64,000 nucleotides of DNA, taken from assembly GCA_963695875.1 (NCBI GenBank), contig CAVOID010000011.1:160001-224000 (forward strand), given 5' to 3'. This document shows positions 50,621 through 60,002 of the stretch, one piece after another (positions within the stretch are counted from its first letter, which is position 1; every line of letters begins with the position of its first letter). Origin of the DNA: an uncultured delta proteobacterium (GTDB lineage Bacteria; Desulfobacterota; Syntrophia; Syntrophales; UBA2185). The position numbers were made by a program, and so were the translations under genes. The notes under the pieces are model-generated. The model saw only the letters and a list, made by a program, of their open reading frames with translations. It did not search any database and was not told the DNA's origin.

Positions 50621-52288
50621 CTAAACATCTTCAGGACTGATGGCTTGCGGGATGTCCTTCAAGATTTCCCACCTTTTACCTTCGAGACGATATCCGGTAC
50701 CGGGTCCCTGGTAATCGTTGAGGTCGTTAACCGCGCTCAATACATCGAAATTGGGTTCCAGAATGGCTGAGGTATGGAGATAATCGCCGGAAATTTTTTG
50801 CTTGAGAATGCCCAGCACCGCTTCCGCCACGTCACGGAATCCATGTTTTACTAATGCGCGCACCGCGTCGACTCCGTTGCCGCCACGCTTCATGAAATCT
50901 TCAATGGCGCGGAGATCTTCTGTCACATTACGGTCAGGCACGTCCTTGCTGCCATGCGCATATGTGACGGCTTCAACCTCTTCGTCCGTTATCGGCGGAA
51001 GCCCCACTTCCTTAAACACGGCCTGCAAGGCGCGGGCGCCCTTGTTGCGGATCGCGATGACGTCAGCTTCTTTTACCGGGTGCAGGCCACCGTCAATCTG
51101 AAGGTCGCGCTGCAAAACCAGCCAGTCGTCATAATCGTCACAGTCATGTGTGGAGCCGGCAAACATGTTGTCATAATTGGGCACCGAACTGTAGCCCGAA
51201 ACGATCAGGTCCGTACCGGGGAGAAACTGCATGAGCATGCGAGCCGTATTGCGAATGGGCGAATGGGTGAATGTCTGGTCGTTGCCCGAGGCCACTTCGA
51301 GGTCCAGCAGGACCGTGGCGACGTTTTCCGCGAGCACCGCGCGAATGCCGGAGGGAACGGATCCGGGAACACCGATGCAACTGATGGAACCATTTTGCAC
51401 GCCCTGGACGCCTACTCCCTTGGCGAGCATCACACAGCGAATCTCCAGGTATAGCATGGACTTGCCATCGGCATAGCCCATCTGCACCTCCGAACCGGTC
51501 CCTGAAGTGTACCGCATCTTGAGACCTCGCGAGGCATAGGCGGAAGCGAGATACGCTTTTGACCAGGGAGTATCATCTCCGTCCACGAATACCTGCTCGG
51601 TACCGTACACAGACACCGTTTCCGCATAGGCCGTGAGTCCGCGCATACCCATGCTGAGTTCGAGCGCTTCCTCCACGGCGCACTGGTTGATGACACCGGG
51701 GCGGCCCGTCTGGGCGCCCACCAATAAGGAAAGAGCATTCATGGGAGCATAGCGCCCCACCCCCACGGTGGTTTCCTCTTCCGTAAAGCCACGAAAGGCC
51801 GCTTCCGCGGCATCCGCCGCCAAGAGGGCAGGATGATCTTTCAGATTGGTCACGTGGGCCTGATTGGAAGGCGTGCGGCGGGGCCGCATCTTCTGCATGG
51901 CCATCATCAGCTCAACCACATTCATCTTCTTGAAGACATCCAATATTTTGGCCGGCGTCAGTCCTACGGAAAGGCGCACAATTTCCGCGCGAGGCACATT
52001 GATGTCCACGAGCATCCGGGCAAACTGGGTCGAATCAATGGCCATGGCCTTCTCAGCTATCGAGGTGTCGATAGAATGGTCGGCAATCCATAAATCAATC
52101 ATGTCAAACTTCTCACGGGGTTTCCCGTCAAGTTCGACAATCTTACCGTTTTGGATCTTGATTCCAGGTGCTGGATCATTTGGGCTGTCCATCGCAACAA
52201 GGCCCACTTCCATCCACTCCTTGATAAAGCCGTCCTTGTTGACTGGACGCTGGGCCAGCACCTCAAAGCGCTTTTGTCTCTTACTCAT
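50621..52288 (-). CDS. pduC: B12-dependent diol dehydratase large subunit
   Basis: KRFEVLAQRPVNKDGF, ETVSVYGTEQVFVDGDDTPWSK, PNYDNMFAGS. Confidence 0.96.
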   Translation of the reverse strand: MSKRQKRFEVLAQRPVNKDGFIKEWMEVGLVAMDSPNDPAPGIKIQNGKIVELDGKPREKFDMIDLWIADHSIDTSIAEKAMAIDSTQFARMLVDINVPRAEIVRLSVGLTPAKILDVFKKMNVVELMMAMQKMRPRRTPSNQAHVTNLKDHPALLAADAAEAAFRGFTEEETTVGVGRYAPMNALSLLVGAQTGRPGVINQCAVEEALELSMGMRGLTAYAETVSVYGTEQVFVDGDDTPWSKAYLASAYASRGLKMRYTSGTGSEVQMGYADGKSMLYLEIRCVMLAKGVGVQGVQNGSISCIGVPGSVPSGIRAVLAENVATVLLDLEVASGNDQTFTHSPIRNTARMLMQFLPGTDLIVSGYSSVPNYDNMFAGSTHDCDDYDDWLVLQRDLQIDGGLHPVKEADVIAIRNKGARALQAVFKEVGLPPITDEEVEAVTYAHGSKDVPDRNVTEDLRAIEDFMKRGGNGVDAVRALVKHGFRDVAEAVLGILKQKISGDYLHTSAILEPNFDVLSAVNDLNDYQGPGTGYRLEGKRWEILKDIPQAISPEDV

Positions 52289-52305
52289 AGGTTGCCCCTT
52301 CTCTA

Positions 52306-53124
52306 TCAAATGTATGGTTGAGTTACAGACTTGGGTTCCTGACCCCATGCACCAAGCAGCTTGATTCCTATTTCACGGCTGGCCGTCACAGCCTGGCGCA
52401 CTGCACCCGAGTCTCCGGTTACCCATATCATGACTTCATTGGTGAGGCTCGTTCCTTTTGCGGGAGAAGCATAACCCACCACTTGGACATCCGCCGCCTT
52501 GACTGCCGTATCGATCATCAATACGCCGATCACTGCGGGCGCCCCAAGAATCAACCCGAAAGCTTTCCCTTCGGGAGATTTGAATACGTAATTCAAGCAA
52601 CGGCTGGCGCGGGCGGTGTATTGTAGTTCAAGATGCCCCTGGTCGTTGGCATAGACATCCCCAAAATATTTTGGTAAGACTTCCAGCGTCACTTCCACCG
52701 CGCGCCGGGCATCAGATACATCCTCTGCGCCGAATATGATCAAATTTCCGTGACCGGCTCCACCCTTTGTATCTCGGGGCATTTCGACGGCAAGTATTTC
52801 GGTGTTGGTGGCCTTCACGGCTTCATCTGCTGCCATGATTTGAGGGCCTGCCCCAACACGGCCGCCGATCACTCCGACTGCACGATACTTTTCGGGGATT
52901 CCCATTAAAGTGTGAATGGCAGGGTCAAGGTTGGCAATGACAATCCCCTGTGTGTCTCCCAAGCCTAGTCCAACAAACTCCGTTACCTGAACCAGGTCGG
53001 GGTTGGGAAGCACCGTCTTGGGGCCACCTCCCTCAGATTCTTTCGGATTCGCTTTCCCGGAGGACGCAGAACCCACCCTTTTCATCACCTCTTGCATGAC
53101 TCTGTTAATCAGTTCCTCTTGCAT
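52306..53124 (-). CDS. pduB: Tandem BMC shell protein PduB
   Basis: TEFVG, AADEAVKATN, PRDTKGGAGHG, ELQYTARAS, GDSGAVRQAV. Confidence 0.95.
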   Translation of the reverse strand: MQEELINRVMQEVMKRVGSASSGKANPKESEGGGPKTVLPNPDLVQVTEFVGLGLGDTQGIVIANLDPAIHTLMGIPEKYRAVGVIGGRVGAGPQIMAADEAVKATNTEILAVEMPRDTKGGAGHGNLIIFGAEDVSDARRAVEVTLEVLPKYFGDVYANDQGHLELQYTARASRCLNYVFKSPEGKAFGLILGAPAVIGVLMIDTAVKAADVQVVGYASPAKGTSLTNEVMIWVTGDSGAVRQAVTASREIGIKLLGAWGQEPKSVTQPYI

Positions 53125-53175
53125 CGGATATCACCTCCCGGTTCTCTACAATTATGGATATGTTCCTATTTCCAG

Positions 53176-53463
53176 CTATTCGTTAATAGGGAGTTGCGGC
53201 AAGATCTTTTCAACATCCTGGTGTGGCCTGGGTATCACGTGTACCGAAACAACTTCTCCCACTTTTTGTGCAGCGGCCGCACCTGCGTCGGTGGCTGCTT
53301 TCACCGCTCCCACGTCGCCTCTCACCATGGTGGTCACCAGACCTGACCCGATCTTCACATACCCGACCAACTGGACGTTGGCAGCTTTAACCATGGCATC
53401 CGATGCTTCGATCATGGCGACCAGCCCCTTTGTTTCAATCAATCCCAATGCTTCTTTTACCAT
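53176..53463 (-). CDS. pduA: BMC-H shell protein PduA/PduJ
   Basis: [33 protein letters not shown]. Confidence 0.95.
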   Translation of the reverse strand: MVKEALGLIETKGLVAMIEASDAMVKAANVQLVGYVKIGSGLVTTMVRGDVGAVKAATDAGAAAAQKVGEVVSVHVIPRPHQDVEKILPQLPINE

Positions 53464-53554
53464 TTTCAATCCTCCAAGTTTTGATGTGAACACTGCCAAC
53501 GGATCGTGGGCAGTCACGTATGGCTGCCCAGGCACCGTCTTTTAAAGTCCTGTC

Positions 53555-54034
53555 TCAGGCGGCCTCTTTTTTCACGAATATACCGGGGAGCTTCGCGGAA
53601 AGAAGTCCGGCGCAATTCCCGATCAACATGCACACGAAGGTACTCAAGAGAGTTTCGACGATGTCTCCTTTGTGCCCCCCGAGATTTCCGAAGAATACGG
53701 CCCCCCCTACAAACTGCCCCGGGATGGCACTAAGAATCGGAATATTGCCCTCAATAGTCATAATGAAGCAGTAAACCCCGACGATTGCTGAGAGCAAAAG
53801 CATACTGCCAGCGCCAAAGGTTACCCACAGCCAAAAGAAAAGCGCCCCTTGCACCATTCCCGCCACGTTGGCGGCTATGGATTTGGGGAGGGCAGCCTGA
53901 TCGCCGCCGGCATAATAGAAGCTGGCCCAGGCCGCATAACCTACCCAAGCGACGAGCCAGGGTACCAAGACCGTGACGTGAAACCAAATCCCGCAAAGAA
54001 CGCCGATACTGATGGAGACAGGTAATAAAGCCAT
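53555..54034 (-). CDS. DUF1097-like membrane protein
   Basis: Five to six TMs; WVGYAAWASFYYAGG, IPGQFVGGAVFF. Confidence 0.75.
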   Translation of the reverse strand: MALLPVSISIGVLCGIWFHVTVLVPWLVAWVGYAAWASFYYAGGDQAALPKSIAANVAGMVQGALFFWLWVTFGAGSMLLLSAIVGVYCFIMTIEGNIPILSAIPGQFVGGAVFFGNLGGHKGDIVETLLSTFVCMLIGNCAGLLSAKLPGIFVKKEAA

Positions 54035-54036
54035 AA

Positions 54037-55143
54037 TTAAACCTCCTTCTTGTAATCTTTGGCCAATGCGTCAGCCGTCCAGATTGCTGCCTCAACCTTA
54101 TCGGCAGTAACTTCGAACCAGGTGGCATGGATGGTTTCACCCGGCGCCGTTGTGGCTTCAGCCACTTTGCGGATTTCTTCCCGTGTCGGATTGTGAATCC
54201 CCAAATCATCCAAACAAACGGGCAGCCCTACGGTGCAACAGAAATCCAGTACCTCATAAATTTCAGCTGATGAGCGGCCTTCCAACACCAACTGGGTAAG
54301 GGTTCCGAAGGCCACTTTCTGGCCGTGGAGCTTGTGATGGGAGCTTTCCAGGACGGTAAATCCGTTGTGGACTGAGTGAGCGCCGGCAAGGCCACCGCTT
54401 TCGAAGCCCAACCCGCTCAAAAGGGTGTTGGCTTCCACGATGGCTTCAACGGCCGGTGTCACGCAATGATTCTCAACCGCCAGCTTCGCCTGGAGGCCGT
54501 ATTCCAGTAAGGTGTCATAGCACAGGCGGGCGAGGGCCATCGCGGAACGGGTAGGTGGATATCCGCCTGTCAGTACGTTGGGTTTACAACTCTTGTTGCA
54601 CGTATCGGCCTCCCAGAAGGTGGCGAGAGCATCCCCCATACCGGATACCAGGGTTTCAACAGGGGCATCGGCTACGATACGGGTATCGACCAGGACACAA
54701 TCCGGATTGTGAGGCAATACCAGGTATCGTGCAAAAACGCCCGCATCCGTATAAACCACCGACAAGGCAGAACAGGGAGCGTCCGTTGCGGCGATGGTCG
54801 GTACCACAATCACCGGCACTTTCATAAAGTGGGCTGTCGCTTTTCCCGTGTCAATGGCCTTACCTCCCCCTGCTGCGATGATGAAATCAGCCCCTTCTTT
54901 CTTAGCGAGGCTCACCAGGCGTTTGATTTCATTGTCCGAACATTCACCGTTAAATAACTCCTGATAACAACCGATCTTTTTCTCTTTGAGGCTGGTTTGA
55001 ATCGCCTTACCGCAGACGCCTAAGGACCGCTTGCCCCCTGTAAGCAGGGCCTTGGTACCAAGCTTTTCTGCGTGCATGCCTATTTCCTTGATGGCGCCCT
55101 CTCCTTGAACATAACGACTTGGTGCAAGTAACATCCGGCTCAT
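54037..55143 (-). CDS. gldA: Glycerol dehydrogenase
   Basis: APSRYVQG, GGGKAIDTGK, TDAPCSALSV, SGLGFESGGLAGAHSVHNG, HGQKVAFG. Confidence 0.93.
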   Translation of the reverse strand: MSRMLLAPSRYVQGEGAIKEIGMHAEKLGTKALLTGGKRSLGVCGKAIQTSLKEKKIGCYQELFNGECSDNEIKRLVSLAKKEGADFIIAAGGGKAIDTGKATAHFMKVPVIVVPTIAATDAPCSALSVVYTDAGVFARYLVLPHNPDCVLVDTRIVADAPVETLVSGMGDALATFWEADTCNKSCKPNVLTGGYPPTRSAMALARLCYDTLLEYGLQAKLAVENHCVTPAVEAIVEANTLLSGLGFESGGLAGAHSVHNGFTVLESSHHKLHGQKVAFGTLTQLVLEGRSSAEIYEVLDFCCTVGLPVCLDDLGIHNPTREEIRKVAEATTAPGETIHATWFEVTADKVEAAIWTADALAKDYKKEV

Positions 55144-55387
55144 AGCATTCCCTCCCGTTTATCAAATGATTCATCATGCTTTATACGCCGACAGCGAGAC
55201 GCTCAGTTCCATAAGATTACGTCTGGCTGGGCGCACTATCACGCATTTGGATAGATCCATAAGGGGTGGCTGCGAGAGAGCGAAGGTCAGGATTAGAGAA
55301 TTTGGCCTGAGAGTCGGAACACGAAGCGTGCTAATATGGAGTGCCCCTTTATGAATCATGATAAACGTAAACAATTGCCAAAGTAAA

Positions 55388-55426
55388 TCCCTCGTAAGGG
55401 TGAAATTAACTCCCTCGTTTGGGTGA
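55388..55426. promoter_or_regulatory. Tandem 16 bp operator-like repeat upstream of the BMC operon
   Basis: TCCCTCGTAAGGGTGA and TCCCTCGTTTGGGTGA, starts 23 bp apart, each quasi-palindromic. Confidence 0.6.
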
Positions 55427-55454
55427 TTTTTGGGGGAATGTCAATTTAGAGGAT

Positions 55455-56084
55455 TTATGAAAGGATATTCTGCTTTATGGCGACTGTCACTGCTTCCACA
55501 CGACTCTTTACTTGTAGTTTATGGTAGATGCTCTTGATATGACTCTTAACTGTTTCGACGCTGACATATAAAGTTTGAGAAATTTCCTTATTGCTCTGAC
55601 CCTCGATGATGGACTGGAGAATTTCCTTTTCACGGTGAGTCAAAACGGGATATTCACCGGTCGTACTTATAGTCGCCCTGAAGTCCAAGGACAGGTTCAC
55701 CAGATAGGGGGAGACTACCTGATGTCCCTCAAAAAAAGACTTCATGATTCGAACCAGTTCAGCAACCTCAACACATTTAAGCACGTAGCCGTCGGCACCC
55801 GCCTGCATGGCGGCATGGATGCAGGTCTTGTCATCGTAAGTGGAAAGTACAACAATTTTCATTTGAGGGTGTGCTTTGCGGAGCATACGAATGACCCGAA
55901 TGCCTGATATCCCTGGCATGTCCACATCGATGAGAGAAACATCGGGTGGGTCGACCCGGATTTTTTCGACCGCACTGAAGCCATCACTGGCTTCTCCAAT
56001 AAGTTGGATGTCCGTTTCCTGATCCAAGGCAATTCTCAGGCCGATACGGAACAAAGGATGATCATCTGCCAGGAAAACTCTCAT
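55455..56084 (-). CDS. NarL/LuxR-family response regulator
   Basis: LADDHPLFR receiver; LTHREKEIL...SNKEI...TVKSHIKSIYHKL HTH. Confidence 0.95.
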   Translation of the reverse strand: MRVFLADDHPLFRIGLRIALDQETDIQLIGEASDGFSAVEKIRVDPPDVSLIDVDMPGISGIRVIRMLRKAHPQMKIVVLSTYDDKTCIHAAMQAGADGYVLKCVEVAELVRIMKSFFEGHQVVSPYLVNLSLDFRATISTTGEYPVLTHREKEILQSIIEGQSNKEISQTLYVSVETVKSHIKSIYHKLQVKSRVEAVTVAIKQNILS

Positions 56085-56161
56085 AGCTTCTATAGATCCT
56101 TGCCATCATTCACTTTATGTTTTGTTGAATCCATTTTTCTAAGAGATTTTGACCACAGTTC

Positions 56162-57862
56162 TCAAGATGTCGATTCCACGAAATTGACTGGCAATGTCAC
56201 ATAAAAGCAACAGCCTCGTCGATGGCCTGCTGCGTCGATCAGGACTGGCGACTCAACCCATATGTTTCCACCATGAGCTTCAATAACCTGCTTGCAAAAA
56301 GCCAAACCCAACCCGATCCCCTCCCTCCGTCTTTCACTATCCGATTTAATGGTAAAATATTTATCAAAAATGCACTGATGGTATTCGGCGGGGATGCCGA
56401 TACCATGATCCGTGAACGTAAGCATAAGACAATCCTGTTCTGCTTTCACCGAAGCCAGATCTGGCGAGATGGTTTCGAACTTTCCCGATTGTTCCCAACC
56501 CCTATCCCGCATTTCCATCTCAACCTGGACAACACCGTCCTCCGGGCTGTACTTGATAGCGTTCTCCAGTAAATTGACAAGAGCTCGCCTCAGGCGCTTT
56601 TGATCTCCCAGTAATTTCAGTGGAAGTAATGGTGGTTGAAATTGCATGGATATCCGCTTTTCCTTTGCAAAAAGATCAAGCTGGCTGAAACTCTCTAAAA
56701 TAATTTGATCGATGAACACAGGGGTCCAGTGTAGTGCAAACTTTCCACTTTCAATTCGGTAAATGTCCAATATATCACTCACCATGCCAGAGAGTTGATG
56801 ACACGTAGCCAGAGCAAATTCCATAACGTTCCTCTGCTTCAGATTGAGGTCTCCGACGGTTCCATTGACGATAAGCTGTAAAACATTTTGCAGGGAAATT
56901 ATTGGGTTTCTCATATCGTGAGTGATCATGTTAACCACGTCTTCTTTCATCCGCTCCAACCTTTTCTCTTCCGAGATGTCCCTAATAACCCATACATAAC
57001 CGTTGTTTTGTTGGCCAGCATCGTCGATTGTAGAGAAGGACACTTGTACCGGAAAAGTCTGCCCCTCCGAAGAGATAGCTGTTAGCTCGCCGCGCCGGTT
57101 AAAGCTCAACCTCGAATCTAGATTCTTCCGCTGCGGAATTTTTGAATCATCCTCCGTAAAAAGCTTTCTAATGGACTCGCCGATAAGTTCTTCGGTTTCA
57201 TAGCCAAACATTTTAACGCCTGCCTGATTAAGAATGGTGATTCTACCATCGGCATTCGTTGATAGAATGCAATCGGAAACGCTGTTGATCAGCCTGCTGA
57301 GATAATGCTGAGAATGTTTGTGTAATAGGTCTTTCTGCCAAGCCAATTCGCTGATTGTATGAGTGATCTCGGACATAAGGTTCACAACAGACAGCAACCG
57401 CTCGCGTGTCATCAAAGGTACCTTTTCCAGTGCCTGCAAATAATCTTCTACATCTGTTATCCCGATTGCTTTGGCCTGTTCAATCGCTGCTTCAGCAGCA
57501 ATGGGTTCCTCCAAGACCTGGCCTGCCAAAATTGTAGCCAGATGATAACCCTCCACGATGACTGGAGCCGCGCAATCAATGAGTCCGGCGTTCAAACAAT
57601 TATAAATGTAGGGTTCTCTGGATCGGGCAGATTCCAGACCTCCATGGCGGTCGCTTTCGTGACATTTACTCTTGCCCCTATCAGTGGAACGGCAAAAATT
57701 GAGACAGAAAGGCGTGAAATTATGCGGCTCAGTAATGGGGCGTCCATCAATATCGGCAATGATTGACGCCACCCCAGTTACCTCGGTGAAGACTCCAAGG
57801 ATTCTCTCCAATTTCTTTTTGTTGACCAAGTCCAAGAGCTTAAGCTGAGTCGGAGAACTCAT
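56162..57862 (-). CDS. Cytoplasmic PocR-domain/PAS histidine kinase
   Basis: NFTPFC...CHESD...YNCLNAGLIDCAAPVIVEG...GQV PocR pattern; PAS; THDMRNP; GIGLGLAFC. Confidence 0.92.
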   Translation of the reverse strand: MSSPTQLKLLDLVNKKKLERILGVFTEVTGVASIIADIDGRPITEPHNFTPFCLNFCRSTDRGKSKCHESDRHGGLESARSREPYIYNCLNAGLIDCAAPVIVEGYHLATILAGQVLEEPIAAEAAIEQAKAIGITDVEDYLQALEKVPLMTRERLLSVVNLMSEITHTISELAWQKDLLHKHSQHYLSRLINSVSDCILSTNADGRITILNQAGVKMFGYETEELIGESIRKLFTEDDSKIPQRKNLDSRLSFNRRGELTAISSEGQTFPVQVSFSTIDDAGQQNNGYVWVIRDISEEKRLERMKEDVVNMITHDMRNPIISLQNVLQLIVNGTVGDLNLKQRNVMEFALATCHQLSGMVSDILDIYRIESGKFALHWTPVFIDQIILESFSQLDLFAKEKRISMQFQPPLLPLKLLGDQKRLRRALVNLLENAIKYSPEDGVVQVEMEMRDRGWEQSGKFETISPDLASVKAEQDCLMLTFTDHGIGIPAEYHQCIFDKYFTIKSDSERRREGIGLGLAFCKQVIEAHGGNIWVESPVLIDAAGHRRGCCFYVTLPVNFVESTS

Positions 57863-58332
57863 AACCTTATTGCTCCTTCCGTTCCTTATACTCTAATCTA
57901 TTTAGGGGGAAGTGTTTCGTTTATATTAGCACAGAGGGCTATTAATTACAATCTTAAAAGGCAATATTAATCAAATGGTGGTACTCTATCGGTCAGTTAA
58001 TTTATTGGCATTTTTAAGAAATCGTCAATTATCTTAAAAATATTTGGCAAATAAACTATCAGTTTGAATGTTGATCGTAAACACAGAAGCAGTAGGCACC
58101 ATCAAAGACAGCATTTCTAAGTTACAAATCGTCAGTTCCAATTACCGGACCAGATCATTGATAACGGGTAGAAACATGCAAAGGTGGGACAGTTCATTTT
58201 CTGTTCATATAGAATCCGGCTTCCTTCCTGTACTGTTGTTTTTGGAATTTTCCTTCTGAATGCAACATTTCAAACGCCAATCTTCAATTTAGGATTGAAA
58301 AATCAAGGCTATTTCCAGAGGCAAATTTTCCC

Positions 58333-58361
58333 TTGACTACCCTTGATGTAAGGAGTATTTT
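58333..58361 (+). promoter_or_regulatory. Candidate sigma-70 promoter
   Basis: TTGACT-N17-TATTTT. Confidence 0.4.
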
Positions 58362-58506
58362 TCAACCAATTGACACTCCTACTGTAGCTCATTAAACTAA
58401 TTATTATTCCTCCCGTAGCTCAGTAAACTAACCGCAGTTCAGTAAACCCAATAACCTAACCCCTAACCTCAAGGGAATCCTTCATTTCGGAAAGGAGGTT
58501 GTCCAA

Positions 58507-59001
58507 ATGTCTGATCAAGTTTCCCGTGAAGAAATCCTGTCCCAACTTGACAAAAAAGTGAATAACTATTTCCTTCAATCCTTCAACTGCGCCCAATCTT
58601 GCTTTGCTGCCCTCCAGGAACAGTTCGGCCTCGATGGCGGCCCCATCCTCAAAGCCCTCACCCCGTTTCCCGGCATTGCCCTGCAAGGGGAGACTTGTGG
58701 CGCTGTGTCCGGCTCCATGATGGCCCTGGGGCTGGTCTTTGGGCGCGACAGGCTGGACGACTTACCGGGCATGCGTGCGGCGTTCGTTCCAGCGATGACC
58801 TTCTGCAAGCATTTTATGCAAGAGGTTGGCAGCACCCGCTGCGGCGACATCCTCGAAACGCAGTTTGGCAAGCGCTTCAACCTGACCGATCCGGCCCAGG
58901 TAGCCGAGTATCGTGCTGCTGGCGCGATTGAGAAATGCGGTGCAGTGACCCGTAAGGGCGTGCGCATCGCTGCCGAAATCTTGTTAGCACGGCCTGTGTA
59001 G
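58507..59001 (+). CDS. C-GCAxxG-C-C family putative redox protein
   Basis: FNCAQS, ETCGAVSG, GSTRC, EKC. Confidence 0.9.
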   Translation: MSDQVSREEILSQLDKKVNNYFLQSFNCAQSCFAALQEQFGLDGGPILKALTPFPGIALQGETCGAVSGSMMALGLVFGRDRLDDLPGMRAAFVPAMTFCKHFMQEVGSTRCGDILETQFGKRFNLTDPAQVAEYRAAGAIEKCGAVTRKGVRIAAEILLARPV

Positions 59002-59178
59002 CCTTAATTAACCTAACAACCGAACATCTAACCTTTTGGAGTGTAGTATGAAAACGAGCTTCCGAAAGGTACCGATATGAAGCCTCCAAGGGGACAGCAA
59101 CGTCCCTTTGGGGGCCATTCCCGTGCGATCACAATACCTAAAGTTTTTATCAACAACAAGAAAAAGGAGGGTGACACG

Positions 59179-59472
59179 ATGCCGACCTATATTGGGTTAT
59201 ATAAATTGACAGAGCAGGGGATCAAGACTATCAAGGATGCACCTGCTCGGCTTGAAGCAGCCCTTAAGGGTGCTGAAAAAATGGGTGGTAAATCACTTGG
59301 CTTATACGTGGTGATGGGGGAATACGATTACGTGGCTATTGGTGAATTTCCCAGTGATGAGGTTGCTACAACCTTCGCCTTGGGGATTAGCTCGTTGGGA
59401 AATGTCAGGACGACGACGCTGAGGGCATTCACGAAGGAAGAGTTTGCAGCGATAGTGAAGAAATTGCCTTAG
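59179..59472 (+). CDS. GYD domain protein
   Basis: RBS AAGGAGG; LTEQGIKTIK, MGEYD, GNVRTTTLRAF. Confidence 0.9.
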   Translation: MPTYIGLYKLTEQGIKTIKDAPARLEAALKGAEKMGGKSLGLYVVMGEYDYVAIGEFPSDEVATTFALGISSLGNVRTTTLRAFTKEEFAAIVKKLP

Positions 59473-59533
59473 AGGTGTTAGGAAGGGATGACCATCCTAC
59501 ACTTAGTAGTATGATTATATGCTAGTGAGCCTT

Positions 59534-59614
59534 TGACCTGCCCCCCTAAAAAAACGGTACAGTTTTATATTAGAATTTCTGCTAATGTCGGATCGTGATC
59601 AAGGGGGCGGGTCA
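59534..59614. mobile_element. 81 bp MITE with IS3-like ends and CTT target duplication
   Basis: TGACCTGCCCCC ... GGGGGCGGGTCA, flanked by CTT on both sides. Confidence 0.72.
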
Positions 59615-59798
59615 CTTTGTTCTTCCTGTACTGTTGTTTTTTTAATTCGGCCACTCAATACGATATTTCAATCAGTAATATTCTAAAAGACTGTAGAGCT
59701 CTATTTCAAAATGTGGTACAAGTTGTGGGGGCAGGTCCTTTAATTAAAATATAAATCAAAAATAGCAATATAAATAATCCTAATGTTGAGGTGAAAGC

Positions 59799-59963
59799 AT
59801 GCCAACGTATGAGTATCTTTGCGAAGCCTGCAAAAAAGAGTTTTCATTGATACAGAGTTTCAGCGAACATGATATAGGCAAAGCCACATGGCCGAAATGC
59901 AAAAGCAAGAAGGTGAAACAGCAGATATCCCTGTTTACGTCCAAGACCAGCAGGAAAAGTTGA
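59799..59963 (+). CDS. FmdB-family zinc-ribbon protein (absent from the ORF track)
   Basis: MPTYEYLCEACKKEF...WPKCKSKKVKQQIS; RBS GAGGTG. Confidence 0.8.
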   Translation: MPTYEYLCEACKKEFSLIQSFSEHDIGKATWPKCKSKKVKQQISLFTSKTSRKS

Positions 59964-60002
59964 TTCGTATATTAATTGTTAGACTGAACATGGAGGCAAT
60001 CT

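Noticed and set aside
58376..58445. tRNA suggested by TCCCGTAGCTCAGT
   Set aside because: Only a 5'-like fragment; no anticodon arm, TTC loop or acceptor pairing.
58383..58460. Mini CRISPR array
   Set aside because: Repeats are too short, spacers too short and irregular, and no cas genes are present.
59888..59900. WPKC instead of CPKC in the FmdB zinc ribbon
   Set aside because: A single TGC-to-TGG change; cannot be separated from base error or drift.
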